From Octopus vulgaris (taxonomy: Eukaryota): a DNA stretch of 64,000 nt. The notes below the pieces were generated by a model. That model did not search any database and had not been told where the DNA came from. It saw only the letters and a list, made by a program, of their open reading frames with translations. A program made the translations under genes and the position numbers. The stretch spans positions 5,022,001 through 5,086,000 of the forward strand of contig OX597840.1 in NCBI GenBank assembly GCA_951406725.2, written 5' to 3'. Positions 1-13,308 of the stretch are shown piece by piece. Positions within the stretch are counted from its first letter, which is position 1. Every line of letters starts with the position of its first letter.

Positions 1-480
1 TGTCTGAATGTCCGTATGTATGTGTGTATGTGTATGCCCCTGTATATGTGTGTCTATGTATGTGTGTGTGCGTATGTGTGTGTACGTGTGTGTATGTGTG
101 TCTGAATGTCCGTATGTATGTGTGTATGTGTATGCCCCTGTATATGTGTGTCTATGTATGTGTGTGTGCGTATGTGTGTGTACGTGTGTGTATGTGTGTC
201 TGAATGTCCGTATGTATGTGTGTATGTGTATGCCCCTGTATATGTGTGTCTATGTATGTGTGTGTGCGTATGTGTGTGTGTACGTGTGTGTATGTGTGTC
301 TGAATGTCCGTATGTATGTGTGTATGTGAATGCCCCTGTATATGTGTGTCTATGTATGTGTGTGTGCGTATGTGTGTGTAGGTGTGTGTATGTGTCTGAA
401 TGTCCGTATGTATGTGTGTATGTATGTACGTGTGTTTGTGCGTATGTATGTATTAGTATGTGTATATGTTTGTATGCGTG
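1..480. repeat. ~98-bp minisatellite built from TG/TATG simple repeats (about 4.3 copies)
   Basis: The marker TGTCTGAATGTCCGTATG recurs at 1, 99, 197, 297 and 393. Confidence 0.9.
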
Positions 481-547
481 TATGTGAGTTTGTATGCACG
501 TATGCGTATGTGTGTATGTATATGTAAGTATGTGTGTGTATGTTTCT

Positions 548-585
<38 letters not shown>

Positions 586-1746
586 ATAAGGCAGAGAGAA
601 GAGAAAGACAGAAAGGAGAGAAAGGCCGGGGAATAGAATAGATTGAAACTGAGAGAGAAAGAGGAGAGGCAGAGAAAGGGAGAGAGAGACGGGGGAGAGA
701 GCGTGTGCGCGCCCGCGTTTGTGTAAGAGAGAGAGAGATGCAGAAAGAGACAGTGTAGTTTGACATTAAGACGACTAGTTGGGATGTGAGTGTGTGTGTG
801 TGTGTGTGTGAGTCTGTGTGTGTGAGAGATAGAGAGAGAGAGAGAGAGATGAGATGATAGCTCTAATGTGCGTGAATGTTGTGACAAGAATTTTTAATGA
901 ATCTCTCTCTGTCTCTGTCTCTCTCTGTCTCTGTCTCTCTCTGTCTCTGCCTCTCTCTCTCTCTCTCTCTCTCCCTCTCTATCTCTCTATCTCTCTCTGG
1001 AGAATCACTTTACGATGAGAGGTCAGAGAAAGTCAAAGATGATAAGCTTCATAAACAAGACGAAGACACTGGAACATTGGGCGACTGGACGACAGGGTGA
1101 CAGGGTGTCAGGGTGACAGGGTGACAGGGCAACAGGGTGTCAGAGTGTCACGGCGACAGGCCGGCATGGCGACATACGTATATCTTTTTTTACTTGGGAA
1201 ACCGCCTTGAAGGGTTTTAGTGAAACAAATCGACACCAGGACTGTTTTCGTAAGTCAAGGATTTGTTCCATGGGCTCGTTTGCCGGACCGTCAAGTTACA
1301 AGGACGTAAACACACCAACATCGGTTATCAAGCAGTAGTGGAGGACAAACACGGACAGAAACCATCACACACACACACACACATGGTGTATGTATGTAGG
1401 TGTGAGCGTGGTGGTTTTGGGACAAGAAGTTTGCTTCCCAACCACGCGGTTCTGGGTTAGTCCTATTGTCCTAGTGTGTGTCCCTCGGGCAAGAATCGTC
1501 TCCTATATCCCTGGCCAGACCAAAGAATTTTGAGTTGATTTGGTTGACGAGTAATTGAAAGCAGTCCGTCCGTGAAACAGAACCCGAAACGGCGTACTTC
1601 ATAAGCGAGCTTTCTAACCACATAGCCATGCTTAACACGGCAAAGAACAAAACAAAAATAAATAGCCTTTTAATGTATTTCTCAAGAAATTCAGCACAAT
1701 CATGTCTTCTTCGATAACCAAATTTAGTTCAGTGTCAATATATATA

Positions 1747-1976
1747 TTTCTTTACTACCCACAAGGGGCTAAACACAGAGGGGACAAACAAGGACAGACA
1801 AACGGATTAAATCGATTATATCGACCCCAGAGCCTAACTGGTACTTAATTTATCGACCCTGAAAGGATGAAAGGCAAAGTCGACCTCGGTGGAATTTGAA
1901 CCCAGAACGTAACGACAGACGAAATACAGCTACGCATTTCGCCCGGCGTGCTAACGTTTCTGCTAGCTCGCCGCCT
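1747..1976 (-). mobile_element. tRNA-derived SINE, family B monomer (Nin/Deu-like central domain)
   Basis: Minus strand reads GGCGGCGAGCTAGCAGAAACGTTAGC (A-box-like), GGTTCAAATTCC (B box), GTCGACTTTGCCTTTCATCCTTTCAGGGTCGATAAATTAAGTACCAG, then a tail ending AAAGAAATA. Many copies occur in the window. The domain assignment is from recalled consensus similarity. Confidence 0.8.
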
Positions 1977-2613
1977 TCAGTGTCAATACATACAGAGTCC
2001 TCCCCACCCCCTCAAATTCGTCAAAGTCAATTTCATGCACATTATTGTCAATCTGAATTTTGTCCTCGTCAACATAAATTTCATCAACTTGAATGGCGTC
2101 ACGACGGACGAAATGAATTCATTTTATTTTATCTTTTTCAACATGATCACACACACACACACACACACACCACCACCACCACCACCACTACCACCATCAA
2201 CATCACTATAGTTTTCAGTAACAAATCTCATTTCAGTCCAACTGTTTGCTTATATCTACTTTTTCTTGCTGTTGCTGTATCTCTACTCTGAGAATACAAA
2301 CGCTATCTGCCTCTCTCCCTCTCTCCGTCTCAATATGATTCCCTCCCTTGTCCATCTCTCTCTATCTGCCTTTCTTTAACCTCACCACCAGGACATCACC
2401 CTCTGCTAAATATTGTATCCTAAACATATCTCTTTCTCTTTACTTTTCCCTCCCCAACCTACAGCACGTCATTAACACTTCTCTTTCCCACTTTCCTTCC
2501 TTTCTCTTACCGTCTTTTTATCTCGCTCCCTTCAACTAACCACGTGATGCATTTGGCCTTATTGTATTAATATACTCCTCTCTTCTTTCGTCTATCGTCA
2601 CATTCCTCCTCCT

Positions 2614-2646
<33 letters not shown>

Positions 2647-2728
2647 TACTTTTAATCCACCTCTCACTCACTCCATCTCCACCTATCTGACTAACTAAAG
2701 CATAACGTGCGAACGAACAAGCCGATTA

Positions 2729-2835
<107 letters not shown>

Positions 2836-2837
2836 GT

Positions 2838-2907
2838 AACACCTGATATACAACATGTGATATATAACACGTGATATATAACACGTGATATACAACACGT
2901 GATATAC
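2838..2907. repeat. 14-bp tandem repeat x5, each unit containing an E-box (CANNTG)
   Basis: AACACGTGATATA(T/C) units at 2838, 2852, 2866, 2880 and 2894. Confidence 0.85.
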
Positions 2908-3221
2908 CAGACTACCGGATGTTGACATCTGTGATTTCCTTGTCACAGAATTGTAGGAGGGAAAGTAAAAGTTAAAAAGTCTCGACATCATGCATTAACC
3001 CTAAATTTTGGATAGGTTTTATTCTATACCTTGTTTCAATCTAATGACTGCGGCACCACCTTGGAGGGTTTTAGGCGGACAAATCGATCTCGGAACTTAT
3101 TTTGAAGTCTGACACTTATTCTATCCGTCTCGTTTAGCCGAGTCGCTAAGTTACAGAGACGTAAACAAACCAACACGCCGGCACACCGGTTGTCAAGTAG
3201 TGTTGGGGGGGGGGACAACTA

Positions 3222-3259
<38 letters not shown>

Positions 3260-3311
3260 CATACTCACTCACTAATCCACTCACAAATAATAACCGTGAT
3301 AATAAAAATAA

Positions 3312-3339
<28 letters not shown>

Positions 3340-3342
<3 letters not shown>

Positions 3343-3645
3343 TGCTGTTTGTTCCTTCTCGAGCAACGCCTGGCTCATAAGGGCCGGTTTCCCGGTTTCC
3401 TTGGTGTATAGGTTCCCCACCTGGACGGGACGCCGGTCGGTCGCAGGTGAGGTGCAAGACGCAGGAGGAAAGAGTGAGAGAAAGTTGTGGCAAAAGAGTC
3501 AGCAGAAGTTCGCCATTACCTTCTGCCGGAACCGCGTAGAGCTTAGGTGTTTCGCTCATAAATACACACATCGCCCGGTCTGAGATTCGAACTCGCGATC
3601 ACTCGACCGCAAGTCTGCTGCTCTAACCACTAGGCCATTTGCCTC
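3340..3645 (-). mobile_element. tRNA-derived SINE, family D
   Basis: Minus strand has TGGCCTAGTGGTTAG (A box) and GAGTTCGAATCT (B box), a body with GACCGGCGTCCCGTCCAGG and a simple-repeat tail. Related heads occur at 43745 and 63921. Confidence 0.8.
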
Positions 3646-3647
3646 CA

Positions 3648-3974
<327 letters not shown>

Positions 3975-4919
3975 AATAAAAAGATATTTGTTAGTTTGTT
4001 TTGACCGTCCTGAATTCTTTGAAGAACAACTTACACAAATCTTATGAAGCAAAATGAAAATGAAAATAAAATAAATAAATGAATAAATATAGGAATAAGA
4101 AATAAAAATAAGAATGTGAAAAGAAGCCTATAGATCTATAGATACGCGTGCATAACTCAACGATGTCCTCGAGGAAAGACATACTCTGCAAACCAATATA
4201 AAGGTTATATACGTGACCTTTTTTCCTGGAAACGCGTTGACAATACTAACCTTGATAGCGGACATGTCAAGTACAGCAGATAGCAACGAAAAGCTTAACA
4301 AGCGAAAGAGACAGTGAGATGTTTACATTGGTCTAAAAGTACCCATTAAATAGCGTATGTGTGTGTGTGTGTGTGGACGATAAGTTGCCCGAAAATTCCA
4401 GGGCGATGGCTGATCTTGACAGAGAACACGTTAAATGCAGAAGGTAGCTAAGAAATGCTTAAAGAAACGAAAGTGATAGTGAGATGCCCAATCCGTCCCA
4501 AAAACGCCGATTAAATAACGTATCTGGAGAAAAGGTAATGTGTGTGTTTATTGAGCGAAGCACCTAAAGCTCAACGAGGCCCCGACAGGGGGGAGCGACC
4601 CCTGTTGTACTCTTTCGCCCAACTTTCTCTCTACTTTCTCTCAGGTAGGATACATAGCACGATTTTGGTTATTGGGTAGCAAGTGTTATTTGCTTTTTTT
4701 TTTATCTATGCGCCCTTTTCAAGCCTAGCCAGGCTCATGGGCTCGGTTTCCCGGTTTCTATGGTTGCTTACCAACCACATGGTTCCGGGTTCAGTCCCAC
4801 TGCGTCGCACCTTGGGAAAGTGTCTTCTACTATAGCCTCGGGCCGAACAAAGCCTTGTGAGTGGATTTGATAGACGGAAACTGAAAGAAGCCCGTCGTAT
4901 ATATGTATATATATACATA

Positions 4920-5765
4920 CTAGCAGAATTGCCCGGCGTTGCTCGGGGCTGAATTGCTTGAAAGTACTGTTAATGATTGCACTGAATTATGATGATTATT
5001 CAGGCAAATATTGATATAAGTTTACGCTGGGAGATAAGGACTTAACGATCAAACGTGTGCCATTGCATTGTTTTGGGGGAACCAAATATCTGATGAGCAT
5101 TATAGGGGCACCAACTTTAAGTTTGAGAAAGTGTGGTGGTAGTCCGGGGTGCTCAAAGGAATTGAGTACCTCTATTGGATAGTTGATGACGTCCTCTGGG
5201 TCAGGAGTTGTATCGATAGACTTATGTACATAGACTTCCCCAGGAATGAGTTTTAGCATTTCATCATTAATATGGTGAACAGTTTTATTCCTCGGGGCCA
5301 GAATAGCCCTTTGGCCAATCCAATCCATATTCTGATAATTAGCTTGTAGATCTGGGAACACTGCATCTCTGAGATCAGAAGGCGTCTTAACAAAGGTACA
5401 AATGGAATCGATGGCAATATTACCAGTTTCATCCCCTGGTATTTTGCCTTCGCCAAGTGCAAGGAGGGTGTGAGGAAATGCTGCTGATGTGATATTACGT
5501 TGCATATGAGGACGCATATTGGTGTGAAGTTTGAGAGTTACTTCCCTTTATTAAAAAAAATATGCATTAAAATGGAAAAAATTATGGTAAATTATTTGTA
5601 AAATCGTAGACTCATCGTAGACGCGCGCTAATACCCAGAAGGGCTCGATATGAATCACGACTATAAGATACCCGCTTTTGGTTAAACTGCATCGCAAAAT
5701 GCGGGAGTAGTTAGGAATCTAAATCGGAGTAGACAGACACACAACCTTTCTTTTATATATAAAGA
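4920..5765 (-). mobile_element. Helitron-derived element carrying a helicase fragment
   Basis: 5' TC terminus (TCTTTATATATAAAA), a 3' hairpin CCCGAGCAACGCCGGG followed by CTAG, and ends shared with the element at 9656-10050. Confidence 0.85.
4996..5517 (-). pseudogene. Helitron RepHel Pif1-like (SF1B) helicase C-terminal fragment
   Basis: Motifs MR, RAILAPRNKTV..IN, GLPPH.LKLKVGAPIML, CNGTRL.V. It lies inside Helitron termini and is truncated. Confidence 0.9.
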
Positions 5766-6450
5766 TTTTCGTCTTAAAAAACTTTGTATGGATTGAATGG
5801 TTACCTCTATGGCAATATATACACGCACATTATACATACATGTGTGTATAGATGAATATAAAAATACATTTAAATATCTATATACACTTTTGGGTGATCT
5901 TTCTTTTTCTTAGAGATAACTTTAGATTTTATTTTCGTCCTAAAAAACTTTGTATGGAGTGAATGGTTACCTCTATGGAAATATATACACACACGTTATA
6001 CATACATGTGTGCATAGATGAATATATAAATACATTTATATATCTATATACACATTTGGGCGATCTTTCTGCTACTTAGAGATAACTTTAGATCTTATTT
6101 TCGTCCTAAAAAACTTTGTGCGGAGTGAATGGTTACGTCTATGGAAATATATACACACACATTATACATACATCTGTGTATAGATGAATATATAAATACA
6201 TTTATATATCTATATACACTTTTGGGCGATCTTTCTGCTACTTGGATATACTTTAGATCTTATATTCGTCCTAAATAACTTTGTATGGAGTGAAAGGTTA
6301 CCTCTATGGAAATATATACACACATATTATACATACATCTGTGTATAGATGAATATATAAATACATTTAAATATCTATATACACTTTTGGGCGATCTTTC
6401 TGCTACTTGGATATACTTTAGATCTTATATTCGTCCTAAAAAACTTTGTA
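5765..6450. repeat. ~166-bp tandem repeat, about 4 copies
   Basis: ATTTTCGTCCTAAAAAACTTTG-like marker at ~5765, 5931, 6097, 6262 and 6427. Confidence 0.9.
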
Positions 6451-6681
6451 TAAATTGAAAAATAAAATGAATTGAAATTTTTAAGAAAGGAATTTGTTTA
6501 CATACATGTGTGAAATGGCAAATGTTTGTGCAGTTGTCCGAAATGGAACCAGGGTAAATGTGTGGAACTGATGTATTATAATGAATAGTCCTTCTTGTTG
6601 TGAATATTAATTTGATTAATATGAACTGAAAACCAGTGGTGTAGCATATAAGACCGTAATGGATCTTCTTCTAGCCACACA

Positions 6682-6712
<31 letters not shown>

Positions 6713-7682
6713 GTTAGCTTACAATTTTATTTATACATTTGCGTGTCTATGTGTGTAAAGAGGAAGTGGGAGTAATATGCAGAGTAAAGGCTTTGAAGGG
6801 AAAAAGTGAAATGGTAGTTTTCTCGAATTTTTTCTGAAATGGGGGTGAAATTGAAAGAAATTTTGTATGCCATGACCGAATGGAAGTACTTTGAAAAATC
6901 ATAGGTAAACTCTAATTGAAGAAATTGTGTGAGGAGTAAATCGTTATGTATTTATTTGTTTCTGTTTGCTGTGTTTTTTTTGAGTAGTGGTTTAAGGTAC
7001 ACTTGCAAAGAGAAAGTACGAGAAATTATGGTGATAGCATGAGTGATCCGTTTTATATAAATACTTTCACTTTAATCGTTGCACACTTGCAAAGAGAAAG
7101 GAGGAGAAATTAGGGTGATAGCATGAGTGAAGCAGATCGCTCCGTTTGTGTGTGTGTGTGTGTGTGTGCTGTAGCCCACACTAAGAAAAGCACTTCACTT
7201 ACACACCACAATGTGAGTTTTCTCCAAATTTTGCTTAATTGGGGGTGAAATTTGAAAAACCGTACCTGGCACAACCCGATGTATTCTACTCTTAAAAATG
7301 CTAGGTAAATTGTAATTGAAGAAATCCTATATTGTAGATTTCTATAAGAGACAAAGGGAGGCAGATAAAATCTGCCTTTTATAATAAGATATATATATAT
7401 ATGTATGTGTATGTATATGTTTGTGTGTCTGTGTTTGTCCCCCCCCCCAACATCGCTTGACAACCAATGAGGGTGTGCTTAGGTACCCGTCACCTAGCGG
7501 TTCGGCAAAAGAGAACGATAGAATAAGTACTATGCTTACAAAGAATAAGTCCCGGGCTCGATTTACTCGACTAAAGGCGGTGCTCCAGCATGGCCACAGT
7601 CAAATGACTGAAACAAGTAAAAGAGAGTAAAAGAATACAGTTACCGTACAAACTCCATTTTGTTTTGCTTATTGTTTTTATA

Positions 7683-8467
7683 TATTTCTTTATTGCCCAC
7701 AAGGGGCTAAACACAGAGGGGACAAATAAGGACAGACAAAGGGATTAAGTCGATTACATCGACCCCAGTGCGAAATTGGTACTTTATTTATCGACCCCGA
7801 AAGAATGAAAGGCAAAGTCGACCTCGGCGGAATTTGAACTCAGAACGTAACGACAGACGAAATACCTATTTCTTTATTACCCATAAGGGGCTAAACATAG
7901 AAGGGACAAACATGGACAGACAGGTATTAAGTCGATTACATCGACCCCAGTGCGTAACTGGTACTTAATTTATCGACCCCGAAAGAATGAAAGGCAAAGT
8001 CGACCTCGGCGGAATTTGAACTCAGAACGTATAGACAGACGAAATACCTATTTCTTTATTACCCATAAGGGGCTAAACATAGAGGGGACAAACATGGACA
8101 GACAGGTATTAAGTCGATTACATCGACCCCAGTGCGTAACTGGTACTTAATTTATCGACCCCGAAAGGATGAAAGGCAAAGTCGACCTCAGCGGAATTTG
8201 AACTCAGAACGTATAGACAGACGAAATACCTATTTCTTTATTACCCATAAGGGGCTAAACATAGAGGGGACAAACATGGACAGACAGGTATTAAGTCGAT
8301 TATATCGACCCCAGTGCGTAACTGGTACTTTATTTATCGACCCCGAAAGGATGAAAGGCAAAGTCGACCTCGGCGGAATTTGAACTCAGAACGTAACGAC
8401 AGACGAAATACGGCTACGCATTTTGCCCGGCGCGCTAACGCGCTAACGTTTCTGCCAGCTCGCTGCC
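7683..8467 (-). mobile_element. SINE family B tetramer (one head plus four 182-bp units)
   Basis: Units start at ~7683, 7867, 8049 and 8231. The tRNA-like head is present once (8410-8467). Confidence 0.9.
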
Positions 8468-8574
8468 TTCATCCAGAAAATTTTGAATTTTCTCAACCAC
8501 ATTTCTCCCTTCCACATTTCTTGTCTCTCGTTTCTTCTCTACCATCTTTGAACCTCTTCTGCCAGTGAAAACGT

Positions 8575-9320
8575 TAACCCTTAAGCAGACTGGAGTACAT
8601 TAATAACATTTGATGGATATTTGTCCTCATCTTGTTTGTTGTTTGCTGATATACCCTGCAGCCTTCATCAGGTGTCTTGGGGTAGATTTCCAACCTGGGT
8701 TCTTATTCCTAAGATATTTTTCGACGTTATAATTATTATTCTCTTTACTCGTTACTCTTTTACTTGTTTCAGTCATTTGACTGTGGCCATGCTGGAGCAC
8801 CGCCTTTAGTCGAACAAATCGACCCCAGGACTTATTCTTTGTAAGCCTAGTACTTATTCTATAGGTCTCTTTTGCAGAACCGCTAAGTTACCGCAACGTA
8901 AACACACCAGCATCGGTTGTCAAGCGATGTTGGGGGACAAACACAGACACACAAACATATACACACACATACATGCATATATATATATATACACACACAC
9001 ATATATATATACACACATATATATACGACGGGTTTCTTTCAGTTTCCATCTACCAAATCCACTCACAAGGCTTTAGTCGGCCTGATGCTACAGTAGAAGA
9101 CACTCGCCCAAGGTGTCACGCAGTGGGACTGAACCCGGAACCATGTGGCTGGTAAGTAAGCTGCTTACCACACAGCCACTCCTACGCCTATTATTATTAT
9201 TGCTGTTGTTGTTGTTGTAGTTGTTGTTGTTGCTGTTGTTGTTGTTGTTGTTTAGGTCACTGCTTGGAATCGAATTCAGAATCTTGGGGTTAGTAGCCCG
9301 CGCTCTTAACTAGTCATGTG
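8575..9320 (-). mobile_element. tRNA-derived SINE family C (head 9253-9320, tail 8575-8740) interrupted by a family A SINE
   Basis: Minus strand GTTAAGAGCGCGGGCTACTAACCCCAAG...TTCGATTCC is a tRNA-like head, followed by an (AAC/AAT)n spacer and a tail containing CTGATGAAGGCTG. Confidence 0.55.
8741..9189 (-). mobile_element. SINE family A, full length
   Basis: Head GGCGTAGGAGTGGCTGTGTGG...GGTTCAGTCCC, internal TA/CA microsatellite, tail GAAACAAGTAAAAGAG. Confidence 0.9.
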
Positions 9321-9655
9321 GCGTATTTCATAAGTTTCTATTGGGTTTTTCCCGGTTTAACACAAAACTTCATCATACAGTGAGCTTCCAAACATCCTGA
9401 CTGCAAACTAGTCAGCTGTGATAAATAGTGTTTAGTAGGGTGTGTTCAAAGTGCTGCTGCAACCGTCTCCTTCAATCTGGAATAGCACAAAGTAGCGGGT
9501 ATGATAGTGATATACTAAAATTTTAATTTAGACCAGTTATAACTGTTCCACCAAAAACCTTAAAGAACTTAACTATCGAACAAAACAGACGGTAAGGTGC
9601 ATAAACTGATAAAGCGTCAATAAATTAACATTTTTATAGAAAATACGTGGCTATA

Positions 9656-10050
9656 TCTTTATATATAAAACTAAAGTTGTGTGTCTGTCTCCTACGATTT
9701 AGATTCCTAACTACTCCCACATTTTGCGGTGCAGTTTAACCAAAACCGGGTATCTTATAGTCGTGATTCATATCGAGCCCTTCTGGGTATTAGCGCGCGT
9801 CTACGATGAGTCTACGATTTAAAAAAAAAATTACCATAATTTTTTCCCATTTGTAATGCATTGTTTTGCTATTATATAAGGGAAGTAACTCTCTAAAAAT
9901 GTATTATTAAATCTCAGAACGTAAAAAGCTACAGTAACACCCCCCTTTGTGGTTAGTCATATTGAGATGGCTATTATACTTTACATCTCTAAAAATTCTT
10001 ATATAGTTATTTCCCTTACAAACCCGAGCAACGCCGGGCGATACTGCTAG
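9656..10050 (+). mobile_element. Non-autonomous Helitron
   Basis: A|TC...hairpin CCCGAGCAACGCCGGG...CTAG|T with no TSD. Its 5' part matches the element at 4920-5765. Confidence 0.9.
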
Positions 10051-10213
10051 TTTCTTATAAATTGGAAGGGCTATGCTAACCTTGATAGTGCAGCACATCA
10101 AGTCCAGCAGATATCGAAAAAATATTGTACAAACCAAGGCGACAGTGAATTACATAATTTGCTCTAAACAGCCGTTTAAGGACATTTCTGTAGACGATAT
10201 ATGGCTATATCTT

Positions 10214-10625
10214 GGATCTTTTCGGTTTGACCGGCAGTTTTTAACATAATTTCCAGGTAACTAAAAAATTTTAAACTTCGTATACTGGTAGAATGTGTTT
10301 ATAAAACATCTTTTTCTCTTGGCTTTATTGAGAAAATTCTATAGTTTGTAAGATATTTGTTGTTTTTTTCTTCAATTTCTGCAATTTCAGCCAATCACTG
10401 ACGCCCATTGAGGTAAAAAAACATTCTGTGCCGTATGAATATGTCCCTCGTTTAAGAAACATATTGGGTTTATTTACATTTGTGAAGAAAAAAAATATAC
10501 CCTTCCCCCTAACCCTAACCCTAAAACAGATTGAAATGCAATAGATCGATACTAGGATAATAATTATGGGTGACAATTTCATATGACACCGCTAGAAAAA
10601 ACTGCCGGTCAAACCGAAAAGATCC
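10214..10625. mobile_element. MITE with ~29-bp terminal inverted repeats
   Basis: GGATCTTTTCGGTTTGACCGGCAGTTTTT at the left end and AAAAACTGCCGGTCAAACCGAAAAGATCC at the right end. Internal (CCCTAA)3. Confidence 0.85.
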
Positions 10626-11094
10626 ACTTCTTTTGTAAACTCGACAGTAATGCTAAATTTGATAGCAATTGTACTTTTTTTTTATTGTATTCAAGGCCGT
10701 AATGTCAAGGATAGTAGATAGATACGAAATACCAAAGGAAAAGAGACAGTGAAGTGAATAAAACTGCACCAAAAGAATTGATTAAACCACATTTCTGTAG
10801 AAATTCAGTGGCTATTTCCTATAAACCTGATGGCAGTGCTAACCTTGAAAATAAAGCCCACAAGTGCAAATACGAAATACTTAACGAACAAAGGTGACAG
10901 AGAGGAGAAAAAACTACCCCGAAAAAGTCGATTAAGTAAAACTTCTCAGAGCAGTGTTTCTCGACTATGTTTTCCCTATAGATCGCTTTGATTCCAATTT
11001 TACTCGGAGGGATCCTCGTGGCCAGTCGATGTTTTAAAAAGAATCATTCTATATTACATCGATCCCAGTGTTCGACTGGTGCTTATTATTGTCT

Positions 11095-11095
11095 G

Positions 11096-11172
<77 letters not shown>

Positions 11173-11173
11173 A

Positions 11174-11232
<59 letters not shown>

Positions 11233-11284
11233 TTGTCTGTCTACTTATCTATCTATTTCTCTCTCTCTCATTCTGCTCTCTCTT

Positions 11285-11316
<32 letters not shown>

Positions 11317-11658
11317 TCTGTGCGTGTGTGTGCGTGCGTGTGTGTCTGTCTGTGTCAGGATTTCTATGCATCTTTGGATTGCTATCACTATCACCTTTTC
11401 CTATTAATACATCTGTCAATAGAATTCTACTTTCACTTTCGGTTTAACAGATTCTTTATCACTTACTATTCCTCTTTTTTCAACCCACCCTAATAATGCA
11501 TTAAACTTTGTGTATTTACTGTGTGTAGGTGTGTATATATTTCTGAACGCGAAGCTGAGTGGATGTATAGTCGTGTCTGTGTGTGCTTATATTTATTTAC
11601 TTATTATCGCCTGTCTTACTTTAATGTAGATTAATATACTTCACGTGTATGCATTCCC

Positions 11659-11730
<72 letters not shown>

Positions 11731-11840
11731 GTATATATATATATATATTTATATGCATATAAAGCATTTATATATATACATAAGACATATATAATATATA
11801 TATATATACATGTGTATGTATATATATTATATGCATACAT

Positions 11841-11873
<33 letters not shown>

Positions 11874-12042
11874 CACACATATGTGAATATATATACAAGA
11901 ATGCATTGATAGATATATACATACATAGTTGTACACACCAGGCATGTGTGTGAGTGTCGGTGCGTGCATATCTACGTGTTAGCGTGTGCGTATACATATG
12001 TATGTGTGTATTTTTCCATGTATACATACGTACATCTATCTG

Positions 12043-12111
<69 letters not shown>

Positions 12112-13019
12112 ATTTATCTGTCTTTCTATCTGTCTGTCTGTACATGCATACATACATATATACATACATACACACATACATACATACATACATACACCCA
12201 TCCATCCATACATACATACATACATACATGCACACACACACATACATACATACATACACACATACATAATACATACATACACACATACATACATACATAC
12301 ATACACATACATACACACATACATACATACATACATACATACATACATACATACATACATACATACATACATTCATACATACATACATACATATATACAT
12401 ACACACATACATACGTACGTACATCACAAACACAAATCTTTGCCACAGCACACACATGCACACACACACACGCACACACACACGCACACACACACGCACA
12501 CACACGCGCTCACACGCATTCTATGAATCGGTATATATTTAGCATCACTGCCATAGTTCCATTTATCTCCCTGGCAGCGTTTGCTGACATTTCTTCAGTG
12601 GTTCTGTTGTCAAGGACAGAGATAACGGTAACAGCAGCAGCAGCAGCCGCAGCAGCAGCAACGGCGGCGGCGGCGGTGCTAGTGGTGGTGGTGGGGAAAT
12701 TATTGTGTTGATAGCTGCATTGGGATTGGTGCATGTTGGTGTTGTTATTGTTCTTTTAGCCCTGGGTCCATCCCTTTATCCGGTGCTCTGATCATCCAAA
12801 CACTGCTGTTGTATGTATGTATGTATGTATGTATGTATGTCAGAGTTCATTATCTAACATTAATACCATTATTTAATTTATCGACCCCCGAAAGGATAAA
12901 TAGGCAAAGACAACCTCGACGGAATTTGAACTCAGATGGTAGAGACAGACAAAATGCCGCTAAACATTTTGCTCGGCTTGCTAACGATTCTGCCAGCTCG
13001 CCACCTTAATAATAATAAC

Positions 13020-13068
<49 letters not shown>

Positions 13069-13170
13069 TTAATGATGATGATGATAATAATAAAAAATAA
13101 TAATAATAATGATAATAATGATAATAATAATAATAATAATAATAATGATGATGATGATGATGATGATGAT

Positions 13171-13226
<56 letters not shown>

Positions 13227-13249
13227 TGATGATGATGATGATGATGATG

Positions 13250-13308
<59 letters not shown>

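Larger units (their letters stand above)
4762..7632 (+). mobile_element. tRNA-derived SINE family A, split by a Helitron insertion (5' half ~4762-4919, 3' half ~7390-7632)
   Basis: The head (GGTTCCGGGTTCAGTCCC) runs up to the internal TA microsatellite. The body resumes after 7390 (GTTTGTGTGTCTGTGTTTGTCC...GAAACAAGTAAAAG), as in intact copies at 27259 and 34584. Confidence 0.8.

Noticed and set aside
3570-3645. Functional tRNA genes (also at 9253, 34584, 43745, 63921)
   Set aside because: The A/B boxes are SINE heads followed by repeat bodies, and there is no complete cloverleaf or acceptor stem.
4996-5517. Host PIF1 gene
   Set aside because: Truncated and enclosed by Helitron termini.
10507-10524. 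Telomere
   Set aside because: Only three units, internal to a MITE.
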